Origin: a virus
Taxonomy: Duplodnaviria > Caudoviricetes
Reading direction: 5' to 3' (one strand)
IMG/VR virus record: IMGVR_UViG_2843449061_000008
Span: 1 to 64,000 of that record
DNA: 64,000 nt
Part shown: in pieces, positions 55,963 to 64,000 of the stretch
Layout: each line of letters begins with the position of its first letter
How positions within the stretch are numbered: position 1 is the stretch's first letter
The notes under the pieces: generated by a model
What the model was told of the DNA's origin: nothing
Seen by the model: only the letters and a program-made list of their open reading frames with translations
The model's database searches: none
Translations under genes and position numbers: made by a program

Positions 55963-56482
55963 GCCATTATCCCGCCGCTCCATCCTGGCCGGCGCGTCCG
56001 CGGTGGCCCTGGGCGGCCCGGCGCCGGCGGATGCTGTGGATCCTTTCGGCGCCGCTATCGCCTCGCTCGAAGGGCATGCGCCCGCCGCTGAGTCCGACCC
56101 CGCCATTGCGGTCTGCGCGCGGTGGGTGAAGGCGTGGCGGGATGTGTCGGAGGCCGCCGACCGGTCAGGGGATCGGATGGGGCAGCTCCGTGCCGCGGGC
56201 TTCACCGATGAGGCGATAAGCGAGGACCCCGAATACAGGGTCTTGGATGCCTCCTTCAGCCGCCTGGAGCGGGAAGAGGACGATCTGCGCAACGAAGTCC
56301 CTACGACCCCTGCCACGACCCTCCATGGCGTCATTGCGAAGCTGAGCGCTTGGCGGATGGAGGAGGAGCACTACGGGACGGGGGGTGATGAGAGGTTCGT
56401 GCACTCCGCTCTCTCCGACCTCCGCCGGCTGGTGCATGGCGAGGCCGGCCCGGCACTGCTGCCTGATCGCCTGGGCGCCTGA
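55955..56482 (+). CDS. Hypothetical protein with twin-arginine-like N-terminus
   Basis: LSRRSILAGASAVALGG; PATTLHGVIAKL. Confidence 0.65.
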   Translation: MLEPLSRRSILAGASAVALGGPAPADAVDPFGAAIASLEGHAPAAESDPAIAVCARWVKAWRDVSEAADRSGDRMGQLRAAGFTDEAISEDPEYRVLDASFSRLEREEDDLRNEVPTTPATTLHGVIAKLSAWRMEEEHYGTGGDERFVHSALSDLRRLVHGEAGPALLPDRLGA

Positions 56483-56599
56483 CCGGCCCGGCCGCACTGA
56501 CGGGGTGCGCGATCTGCGCACCCACCCAACCACACCTGAACCGCGGCGACGGCGCTGGGCATCCCCGGCGCCGCGCCCGTTCCAATCTGGAGAACCATC

Positions 56600-57796
56600 A
56601 TGGCTTCTGTGAACAAGCGCCGTTGGTCCCACAACGGCGTCGAAAAAGAGGCGTGGATTGTCCGCTACGTTGATCACTCCGGAAAGCGGAGGGGGAAGAC
56701 GTTCGATAAGAAAAAGGACGCCGACGCTTATAAAAGAAAAGTGGAAGCGGACATGGATAACGGGCTGCATGTTCCGGATGGCGATACCGACACGATCAAG
56801 GGCATGGGGGAGAAGCTATTAAGGCATCTTGAGCTTCGTCAGTTGAACGGCGGACTGTCGAGGCAGAGGCTTTACATTTACAGACTCGCTTTTGACCGGG
56901 GTGTTGTGCCGTACATTGGGAACGTCAAGCTTTCAGAATTGAATTTCTCGCACCTTGACGCATGGTGGTTGGAGCTGTCGAAGACGAGTATTTCGGAAAG
57001 GACGCGCCGCGATTACCTGAAGTGTCTGAAAGTCCTTGAGAGCTTCGCCATAAAGCGCGGAGCGTCGAAAAAGGCCGTCGTTCCCGGCTTCATCAAGGAG
57101 CTTGGCACACTGCCGGAAAAGCCGATCCGGGTGCTGAACTCCGAACAGGTCGGCCGGCTGCTTGAGGTGGTCGAGGAGCGCCCCAAGGGCAAGCAGCGGC
57201 GGACACACGCGATCCTGCGGTGCGCCGTCCATCTCGCCGCTTTCTGCGGCCTTCGGTTCGGGGAGATCATGGGGCTGACCGTGGTCAACCTGGACCTCGA
57301 CGCGCAGGTGATCCAGGTCCGGCACAGCCTGAACGTCTTCGGAGAGCTGAAGGGACCGAAGACCGCGGCCGGCCGGCGCGACGTGCCCATCCCGTCGCAC
57401 GTCGCCGAGATGCTTCGTGAATGGCTGCGGACCTCCTTCATCCCGAACGAGCGGGGGTTGGTGTTCCGCACGGACGGTGGCGGTGACATGGCCCTGACCA
57501 ACTTTCACAAGTTCTGCTGGAAGCCTCTGCTGCGCCGGGCCGGGCTTTGGGACGAGGGCGGGGACCAGTACCATTTTCACGCCCTTCGGCACTTCGCGGC
57601 GAGCTTCATGATTCAGAACGGGCTGCCGGTGACCGACGTGGCGTCGATGCTCGGGCACCGCAAGTTCGACACCACCTTGCAGGTCTACGCGCACCCCATC
57701 GTCGGGGGGAGCCGCCGGCTTGAAACCGCCGAGACCATGGCCCGGCTGCTGTTGGTCAGTGACACAAGGGAGACACAAGAGACCCTAACACCTTGA
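56600..57796 (+). CDS. int: Tyrosine recombinase / integrase (satellite), intact
   Basis: GLRFGEI, KGPKT, FHALRH, LGH, VYAH; ends 21 bp before the attR core. Confidence 0.95.
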   Translation: MASVNKRRWSHNGVEKEAWIVRYVDHSGKRRGKTFDKKKDADAYKRKVEADMDNGLHVPDGDTDTIKGMGEKLLRHLELRQLNGGLSRQRLYIYRLAFDRGVVPYIGNVKLSELNFSHLDAWWLELSKTSISERTRRDYLKCLKVLESFAIKRGASKKAVVPGFIKELGTLPEKPIRVLNSEQVGRLLEVVEERPKGKQRRTHAILRCAVHLAAFCGLRFGEIMGLTVVNLDLDAQVIQVRHSLNVFGELKGPKTAAGRRDVPIPSHVAEMLREWLRTSFIPNERGLVFRTDGGGDMALTNFHKFCWKPLLRRAGLWDEGGDQYHFHALRHFAASFMIQNGLPVTDVASMLGHRKFDTTLQVYAHPIVGGSRRLETAETMARLLLVSDTRETQETLTP

Positions 57797-57824
57797 TTTG
57801 AAAGGGCGGAAATTACTTCGACTG
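57759..57824 (+). promoter_or_regulatory. Right att arm and attR core
   Basis: GTGACACAAGG, AGACACAAGAG; IHF consensus on the minus strand at 57786..57798; TCGACTG at 57818..57824. Confidence 0.75.
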
Positions 57825-58023
57825 CGAGATGATGCAGGAGGCGGCGGCGGAGATCCTGAAGTTCCGCCTACTGCCGCTGCTGCCGCCCGCGCCTGAAGGG
57901 GATGACGATCAAGCCGACCAGGCGCAGGTGCCGGTCCTCAGCGAGCAAGTTAAGGCGCCGCAAAACTCGTCCGCATCAAGCGCTCCGCAGATTGCTCGAA
58001 TGGGCAGAATTCCCGGCCTTTAA
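57825..58023 (+). pseudogene. terL: Detached 3' end of the helper terL (C-terminal 65 aa)
   Basis: Reads (NYF)DCEMMQEAAAEILK... in the same codon phase as the left YLDCE; ends just before the gpW gene. Confidence 0.85.
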
Positions 58024-58034
58024 GGAGTTCAGCG

Positions 58035-58244
58035 ATGGTCTGGACGCAACAGCACATTGACGACCTGAAGGCCGCCATGGCGACCGGCATGACCGAGTTC
58101 CAATACTCGGACGGTTCCCGCGGGGTTTATCGGAGCGTGCCCGACATGCAGCGCCTGCTGGCGCTCATGCAGGCGGAGGTGGATGCGGCGCTCGGCGTGA
58201 AGCCGATCAACCGAGTGGTCTTCACCACGATCAAAGGGACCTGA
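58035..58244 (+). CDS. gpW-like head-tail adaptor (helper)
   Basis: WTQQHIDDLKAAMATG...YSDG...YRS..DM. Confidence 0.88.
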   Translation: MVWTQQHIDDLKAAMATGMTEFQYSDGSRGVYRSVPDMQRLLALMQAEVDAALGVKPINRVVFTTIKGT

Positions 58245-58249
58245 CGCAT

Positions 58250-59788
58250 ATGGCCGCGCAGCCGAAGCACCCGGTAATCTACGGACCGGACGGCGCGGTC
58301 GCGCGCGTCGTTCAACCAAAGCCGTCCATGGTGGCGTTTGACGCTGCCGGTTCTGGACGTCGCCTGTCGAGCTGGCTTCCGCCCATCGGCATGTCGATGG
58401 CAAGCATTGTCAATGCCGATGCGCAGACATTGCGCGACCGGTCGCGTGATGCTGTGCGCCGCTCGACCTATGCCGCCGCGGCTTGCAATAGCTGGGTGGC
58501 GAACGTGGTCGGCACCGGCATCTCGCCGTCACCGACTATCGAAGACCCAGGGCAGCGGGAAGCATTCCTCGACCTTTTCAACCGATGGGTGGACGTTGCC
58601 GACGTCGAGGGGCAGTCGGATTTCTATGGGCTTCAAAGCATCATCGCCCGGTCGCTGTTCGAGGCGGGCGAGATATTCATCCGTTTTCGACCGCGCTATC
58701 TTGAAGACGGCCTGCCCGTCCCATTCCAGCTCCAGTTGATCGAGGCCGAGCAGGTGCCGCTCTGGAAGAACGAGGTGCTGGAGAGTGGAAACATTGTCCG
58801 CATGGGTGTGGAGTTCGACCGCAACATCCCCGACCGTCGCGTAGCCTACTGGACCTATCGCACTCACCCTGGCGACTACTCCGCGGGCGGCGCCGGCACC
58901 GAACTGGTGCGAGTACCCGCGGCGGAGATGCTGCACATCTTCGATCCGCTGCGAAAAGGACAGGTTCGCGGCATTCCGAAGATGTCTGTCGCCCTATTGT
59001 CTCTCTATGAGCTGGACCAGTACCTTGATGCCGCTCTCGTCAAGCAGAAGCTCGGTCAGTACATTACCGGCTTCTTCACCGACAACGGGTCAGGGGACAA
59101 CAACAACCCGCTCGACGCGCAGCGTTCGACCGACCCGAGCACACCCACGCTGGGATTTACTGAGATCCAGCCGGGCACTTTCCAGAGGCTACCGCCGGGT
59201 GTCTCGGTTGCCTTTGCGCAGGCCCCGGAAATCGCTGCGCAGTTCGATTCCTTCTGCAAGACCTACATTCGATCGAACGCGGCGGCGCTCGACGTAATGT
59301 ATGAGGCGATGTCGAACGATTACAGCGATGCCAGCTATTCCAGCATCCGCGCCGGATCGCTGGAAATCCAACGCCGTCTCCAACCGGTCCAGCATAATGT
59401 TCTTGTCTTTCAGTGCTGTAGGCCCGTCTGGAACCGGCTTATCCGCGATGCGGTGATCTATGGCATCGCGCCGGTTAAGGCGGCGGATTACCTGAAGGCG
59501 CCCCACCGCTGGCAGAAGGGCCGGTGGATTCCTCAGCCCTGGCCATGGGTCGATCCGCTTAAGGACCGGCTGGCCGAGCAGCTTGCCGTTCGCATGATGT
59601 CCAAGCCGCTCTCGTCGGTGATCGAGCAAGAGGGTTATTCCGCTCACGAGTCCCTGCGCCAATCCAAAGCCGATTTCGATCTGCTGGACGAGCTTGGACT
59701 TGTGTCCGATGCCGACCCCCGGACGAGAACAAAGTCCGGTGTTGCGCAGAAAGCTGAAGACGCCGCTCTTCGCGACGCAGGCAAGTAA
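58250..59788 (+). CDS. Lambda-family portal protein (helper)
   Basis: LRDRSRD, VVGTGI, LQLIEAE, GVEFD, QVRGIP, SYSSIR, WVDPLKD. Confidence 0.95.
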   Translation: MAAQPKHPVIYGPDGAVARVVQPKPSMVAFDAAGSGRRLSSWLPPIGMSMASIVNADAQTLRDRSRDAVRRSTYAAAACNSWVANVVGTGISPSPTIEDPGQREAFLDLFNRWVDVADVEGQSDFYGLQSIIARSLFEAGEIFIRFRPRYLEDGLPVPFQLQLIEAEQVPLWKNEVLESGNIVRMGVEFDRNIPDRRVAYWTYRTHPGDYSAGGAGTELVRVPAAEMLHIFDPLRKGQVRGIPKMSVALLSLYELDQYLDAALVKQKLGQYITGFFTDNGSGDNNNPLDAQRSTDPSTPTLGFTEIQPGTFQRLPPGVSVAFAQAPEIAAQFDSFCKTYIRSNAAALDVMYEAMSNDYSDASYSSIRAGSLEIQRRLQPVQHNVLVFQCCRPVWNRLIRDAVIYGIAPVKAADYLKAPHRWQKGRWIPQPWPWVDPLKDRLAEQLAVRMMSKPLSSVIEQEGYSAHESLRQSKADFDLLDELGLVSDADPRTRTKSGVAQKAEDAALRDAGK

Positions 59789-59806
59789 AGCATTCCCCGT
59801 CAATCA

Positions 59807-61405
59807 ATGAAAATGGAGGCCGGCATGTCGCTGCCGCACGCCCACCCGTTTCCGTACCACCGGGTAGCGGAGCGGATGTTCAACACGCCGCTGCTGATCC
59901 ATCCGGGCCGGGCCAAGATCGTTGCCAATTACCTCGCGTCGCGCATGGGCCTGCCGCCCGTCGAGATGGACGCGGACTATGACGCCGCGCCTCGCTCCAA
60001 GGCGCCCATGCCGCCCGGGTCCATTGCCATCATTCCGGTCCATGGCACGCTGGTCCATCGGTCGTCCTGGATGTCGGCCATGTCCGGCCTCGTCTCCTAT
60101 GAGGAACTGACCGAGGCATTCACTGATGCGGTGACGGACAGCAACGTTGCCGGAATCCTGTTTGACTTTGACACCGGCGGCGGCGAAGTGGCGGGCTGCT
60201 TCAGCTTGGTCGACCTGATCTACTCGTGTCGCGGCACCAAGCCGATCTGGGCGATTGCCAACGAGGCCGCTTATTCAGCCGGCTATGCCCTCGCCAGTGC
60301 CTGTGATCGCATCATCCTGCCCAAGACTGCTGGTGTCGGCTCGGTTGGTGTGGTCTCCATCCACATGGATCTGACCGGCGCCGATGAGAAGAACGGCGTC
60401 GCTTACACCCCGATCTTCGCCGGCGCTCGCAAGCTCGACGGATGGAGCCACGCTCCCCTCTCGGATGCCGCATTGTCCGATGCCCAGGGGAGGATTGACG
60501 AACTGTATCGCCTCTTCGTCGCCACCGCGGCCCGTAATCGGGATGGACGGATTTCGGCTGCTGACGTGCGCGACACCGAAGCTGGCTGCTTTTACGGACA
60601 GGACGCGGTGACGCTTGGGCTGGCCGATGAGGTCGGCACCATGGCCGATGCCCTATTGCAGCTCGCCGAAGCGGCGGCTGTCACCTCGCGCGGCACGTCC
60701 GCTGCGCTTTCCACCAACGCCATGAACGAGGAGATCTGCATGGCTTCCATGAACGCGGCGGACGCGACCAGCGCCGTCGGCGATTCGGCCATTCCGTGCC
60801 CGGACTGCCAGAACCAGGGTGAATGCGAGGCGACCGGAGCCTGCAAGAATCAGGACGCGGGCGCTGAGACTGAGCAGGCAAGTGCGTCGGGCACCGACGT
60901 CGTCGCAAAGATCCTGTCCGTCGCCCATGCCCGCGTGACCAACGACTTCACCGGCCTCTCTGTCGGCATCGCCAACGAGGTGGCCGAGATCACCGGTGCC
61001 GCCGTCGGGCTCGACCGACTGGTCTCCTCAGTCTCGGCCATGCGCGAAGCGGCCCATGACGCTGGCTTTGCCGCCGGCAAGGAGATGGGGGCCAAGGAAG
61101 GCGCGGAAAAGGGCGCTGGGGATGCCCTCGACATGGCCCGCGAAATCGCCGCCCGCGCGGTTGCTGCCGGCATGCCGGGGATGCTGGTCGATCTGCTGAA
61201 GCCGGGGGCGACGCTCGACGCGGCGTCGGCGGTCATCAACAAGGCATCCGTCAACGCTGCCCGGGCTTCCGACATCTCCGCATCCCACGGCGACACCGAC
61301 GGCCAGTTCACCATCAGCCGCGCCGACGCCGCCGACTTCACCAAGTACGCCCGGGTTCGTGAAGCCGCCGCCGTGCACGGCAAGCTGCCCACGATCACCG
61401 ACTAA
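59807..61405 (+). CDS. S49 (gpC-like) prohead protease with scaffold-like C-terminus
   Basis: IPVHGTLV, DTGGGEVAG, AYSAGY.LAS, GVGSVGV; Ala-rich tail. Confidence 0.92.
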   Translation: MKMEAGMSLPHAHPFPYHRVAERMFNTPLLIHPGRAKIVANYLASRMGLPPVEMDADYDAAPRSKAPMPPGSIAIIPVHGTLVHRSSWMSAMSGLVSYEELTEAFTDAVTDSNVAGILFDFDTGGGEVAGCFSLVDLIYSCRGTKPIWAIANEAAYSAGYALASACDRIILPKTAGVGSVGVVSIHMDLTGADEKNGVAYTPIFAGARKLDGWSHAPLSDAALSDAQGRIDELYRLFVATAARNRDGRISAADVRDTEAGCFYGQDAVTLGLADEVGTMADALLQLAEAAAVTSRGTSAALSTNAMNEEICMASMNAADATSAVGDSAIPCPDCQNQGECEATGACKNQDAGAETEQASASGTDVVAKILSVAHARVTNDFTGLSVGIANEVAEITGAAVGLDRLVSSVSAMREAAHDAGFAAGKEMGAKEGAEKGAGDALDMAREIAARAVAAGMPGMLVDLLKPGATLDAASAVINKASVNAARASDISASHGDTDGQFTISRADAADFTKYARVREAAAVHGKLPTITD

Positions 61406-61432
61406 GCCACCCTCGTCCAAGGAGCGCCTCTC

Positions 61433-62569
61433 ATGGCCCAAAACTTCAACGCCTACGATCCGATCTTCTACGCCAACGAGTCCCTGATGCAGCTCCGCAA
61501 GGCGCTGGGCATGGCGGGCCGCGTGTACCGCGGCTACGACAAGGCCCCCCAGCAGAAGGGCAGCACCATCTCCATCCGTAAGCCGGGCACCTTCACCGCC
61601 CAGAATGCTCCGTCGCTGCCGCAGGACATCGACGCTCCCGAGGTGCAGATTAAGCTCGACCAGTGGAAGGACGTCCCGTTCAAGCTGACCGACAAGGATC
61701 TGAGCGCCACCGGCGAGGTGATCATTCAGGAACACATCGCGCCTGCCGCCTATGCCATCGCCGACGCGATCGACCAGTCGCTGAATGGCCTCTATGCCGA
61801 CATCCCCTGGTTCTACGACATCGCCGCCACGGCCGGCGTCGCGGATGTTACCGCCGTGAATCAGATCATGTTCGACAACAAGGTTCCTCTGATCGACGCC
61901 AGCATGATCCATTGGGAGGTCGATTCAGACATGAAGACCGATCTGCTGAACCAGTCCGCATTCACGCAGTGGCAGGGATCGGGGCAGGCCGGCGTCAACG
62001 CGCAGGTCACCGGCGACATCGGGATGCGCTACGGCTTCAACTTTTTCGCCAACCAGAACGTCGCGCGGCACACCAAGGGAACGCTGTCGGCGACCACCGC
62101 CGCGCTGGTCGGCGCCCATGCCAAGGGCGCCAAGCAGGTGACGATCGATGCGGGAACCCTGACCGGCACTCTGAAGAAGGGTGACACCTTCGTCGTCGCC
62201 GGCCACGCCCAGCGCTACGCGGTCACCGCCGATGCGACCGCCTCGGCCAACCAGATCACGGTCGCCATTACCCCGGTCCTGGCGATCGACTACCCCGACA
62301 ACGCCCAGGTGACCGTCTCGCTCGATGACCACTCGGCGACGCTGGCGTTCCACCGCAACGCTTTCGCGCTCGCCATGGCGCCGTTGTCCACGATGGGGCA
62401 GGAGCTGGGCAGCGCTCGCATGGCCGTGGCGACCGATCCGGTCACAAACCTCTCGCTGCGCAGCACGCTCTGGTATGACGGCGGCGCCGCGGCGGTGAAC
62501 GTGCGCATCGACGCGCTGTGGGGCGCCATGACCCTGGACCCGAACCTCGCCGTTCGAGGCCGGAACTAA
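61433..62569 (+). CDS. Major capsid protein, P22-coat-like with beta-rich insertion
   Basis: GSTISIRKP, LDQWKDV.F, LAFHRNAFALAMAPL, D.LWG. Confidence 0.85.
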   Translation: MAQNFNAYDPIFYANESLMQLRKALGMAGRVYRGYDKAPQQKGSTISIRKPGTFTAQNAPSLPQDIDAPEVQIKLDQWKDVPFKLTDKDLSATGEVIIQEHIAPAAYAIADAIDQSLNGLYADIPWFYDIAATAGVADVTAVNQIMFDNKVPLIDASMIHWEVDSDMKTDLLNQSAFTQWQGSGQAGVNAQVTGDIGMRYGFNFFANQNVARHTKGTLSATTAALVGAHAKGAKQVTIDAGTLTGTLKKGDTFVVAGHAQRYAVTADATASANQITVAITPVLAIDYPDNAQVTVSLDDHSATLAFHRNAFALAMAPLSTMGQELGSARMAVATDPVTNLSLRSTLWYDGGAAAVNVRIDALWGAMTLDPNLAVRGRN

Positions 62570-62622
62570 TCGGGTGCGGGCGGTCTTCGGATCGCCCACC
62601 CACTTTCCCAGCGAGGCTCCCC

Positions 62623-62898
62623 ATGATCAAGACTGTCACGATCGTTGATCCTGGACGGGACGGCGATTCCCTCGTCATCAACGAAGCCGATTTCGACTCG
62701 GCCAACCACGTCCTCTGGGAAGAGCGAGGAGCCGCCGAAGATTCGTCGGAATCCCTGCGCGAAGCGGCGCAGGACCCGGACACGATGTCCCGTGCGCAGA
62801 TGTTCAAGTTCCTGCGCGACCGTGGCGAAACCCCGGCACCCGCGACCAAGGACGAGACTCTGCGCGAACGCGTGCGCGTCATCATCGCCGAAGGCTGA
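62623..62898 (+). CDS. Small head-associated protein (HeH/LEM-like C-terminus)
   Basis: INEADFD...; MSRAQMFKFLRDRG...TKDE.LRE; follows the capsid gene. Confidence 0.6.
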   Translation: MIKTVTIVDPGRDGDSLVINEADFDSANHVLWEERGAAEDSSESLREAAQDPDTMSRAQMFKFLRDRGETPAPATKDETLRERVRVIIAEG

Positions 62899-62904
62899 GC
62901 GAGC

Positions 62905-63744
62905 ATGCAATTTGCCCCGCACATGGCCGCTCTGTTCCGTGCCATGGGCGCCCCGGCCCTCTATACGCCCCCAACCGGTGACCCGATCCCGTGCCGGGCG
63001 ATCCGCGCCACACAGCCGCTGCGGTTCGGAACCATCGACCTGCCGGTCGAGGGGGCGTGCTTCGATCTCCTCCGGTCGGAGGTGGTGCCTGCAGTTGGCG
63101 GCACCTTCACCGTGGGCGGGGCGACCTATTCGGTGGACATCCCGCCCATCCCCTTCCCGGTGGACCATGACCCCGAAGGCCTGCGCGCCCGGCTGCTGTG
63201 CGGTTGGGGCACGTCGGCGACCTTCCGGGCCACCACCGGCAACCAGAACACCCTGAACCCGCCAACCGGCTCCGGCTGGATCGTCGCTACCGCGGCGCCG
63301 GCCGGCGCTTCGACCGTCAGCATCAAGGCGACGCTGACCACTGGCCAACTCCTGACCGGTGACCGTGCCGTGATCGGCGGCGAGGCCTTCGCCATCACCG
63401 CGCCCGTCTCGGCGGCCGGGAACGTCTTCGCCAACGTGCCGCTCGACCGGGCCTTGCCGGCGCCAGTGGCCGCTGGCGCGCCGGCCGCCTTCTCGTTCGC
63501 CTGCGACCGGCCCTTGAAGGCCGCGGTGCGCAGTTTCGAAGCCGCTCAGCTCCTCGGCGGGATCGTGGTGGGCGACCAGCGCCTGATCGTGCCGCAGGTC
63601 GCCCTGGACGCCGCTGGCGTGCCTATCGAGCCGTCCGCGGCGCACAGCGTGCTGATCGGCGCGCAGCGCTGGCGGGTCAAGACGGCGGTCGCTGCTCGAC
63701 AGTCCGGCGCCGCGGTGCTGTGGGATCTGCACGTCGGAGCGTGA
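62905..63744 (+). CDS. Head-closure / head-tail joining protein, apparently multi-domain
   Basis: FII-like N-terminus (G..ALYTP...P.VG.TF..GG..Y) and a second joining-like C-terminus (I.VGDQRLIV). Confidence 0.6.
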   Translation: MQFAPHMAALFRAMGAPALYTPPTGDPIPCRAIRATQPLRFGTIDLPVEGACFDLLRSEVVPAVGGTFTVGGATYSVDIPPIPFPVDHDPEGLRARLLCGWGTSATFRATTGNQNTLNPPTGSGWIVATAAPAGASTVSIKATLTTGQLLTGDRAVIGGEAFAITAPVSAAGNVFANVPLDRALPAPVAAGAPAAFSFACDRPLKAAVRSFEAAQLLGGIVVGDQRLIVPQVALDAAGVPIEPSAAHSVLIGAQRWRVKTAVAARQSGAAVLWDLHVGA

Positions 63745-63746
63745 CG

Positions 63747-64000
63747 ATGATCGATGACGCTGCCATCCGTGCTGCCCTGCATGCCGTCCTGGCTGATGGA
63801 CCGATTCCGGAATCCGACATCGGGCGCTTGGGCGACTTCTCGTTCCAGCCGTCTCCTGACCGGGTGCACCTGCGCGTGTCCCTGATCTGGGAGCGCAAGG
63901 CGAAGACCGGCGCCGTGCTGACCGAGGCGTCCGGCATCTGGCAGGTGTTGGTTTACGCCCCTGAGGGGACGCAGGTCGATGCGGTCGAGAGCGTGGCCCT
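63747..64000 (+). CDS. Putative tail-completion protein, partial (runs off the window)
   Basis: Own translation: MIDDAAIRAALHAVL...SGIWQVLVYAPEGT; position in the late operon. Confidence 0.5.
   Translation, partial: MIDDAAIRAALHAVLADGPIPESDIGRLGDFSFQPSPDRVHLRVSLIWERKAKTGAVLTEASGIWQVLVYAPEGTQVDAVESVA

Larger units (their letters stand above)
40309..57824 (+). mobile_element. Integrated capsid-forming, tail-less phage satellite (17,509 bp) inside the helper terL
   Basis: 7-bp direct repeat TCGACTG at both ends, arm repeats, IHF sites, own integrase, TerS/TerL, portal and capsid; no recognisable tail or lysis genes. Confidence 0.88.
1..64000. mobile_element. Outer lambdoid prophage (putative helper); left att lies just outside the window, tail/lysis genes beyond the right end
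   Basis: Lambda-like order: int-xis-early genes-RecT-repressor/cro-replication-late regulator-cos-terS-terL-gpW-portal-S49 protease-capsid. Confidence 0.92.

Noticed and set aside
40316-57817. Interpretation as an independent, complete second prophage or a tandem duplication of the head module
   Set aside because: The two head modules differ in type (fused protease-capsid versus S49 plus P22-like coat), and the insert has no recognisable tail or lysis genes. Decay from a full phage cannot be formally excluded.
57829-58023. Stand-alone 64-aa gene
   Set aside because: No clear RBS; upstream in-frame codons read NYFDCE, matching the terL break point, so it is better explained as the displaced terL 3' end.
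1-64000. tRNA, rRNA, IS transposase, reverse transcriptase/DGR, CtrA boxes
   Set aside because: None recognised by eye; tRNAscan, Infernal and motif scans were not run.

Overview
High-GC alphaproteobacterial (Rhodospirillales-like, by inference) prophage region holding two nested mobile elements. The outer lambdoid prophage runs from its integrase (1..1107) through a leftward early operon, a cI/cro-like switch, replication and DNA-modification genes, an accessory block (polyvalent methyltransferase, beta-clamp homologue) and a cos-like site, to head genes that run off the right end. Its GpA-type terminase large-subunit gene is split at the conserved Y-x-D-C-E motif by a 17,509-bp element bounded by a 7-bp direct repeat, TCGACTG (40309..40315 and 57818..57824). 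Both ends carry matching arm-type repeats and IHF-consensus sites. The insert encodes its own tyrosine integrase, regulators, a putative rep and iterons, a cos-like site resembling the host prophage's, TerS/TerL, portal, protease-capsid, a head-tail adaptor and three HEPN-motif genes, but no recognisable tail or lysis genes. It looks like a capsid-forming phage satellite parked inside its helper's packaging gene. Precise excision would restore an in-frame 667-aa helper TerL directly upstream of gpW-portal-protease-capsid. All protein family calls are from motif recognition only; no database search was run.
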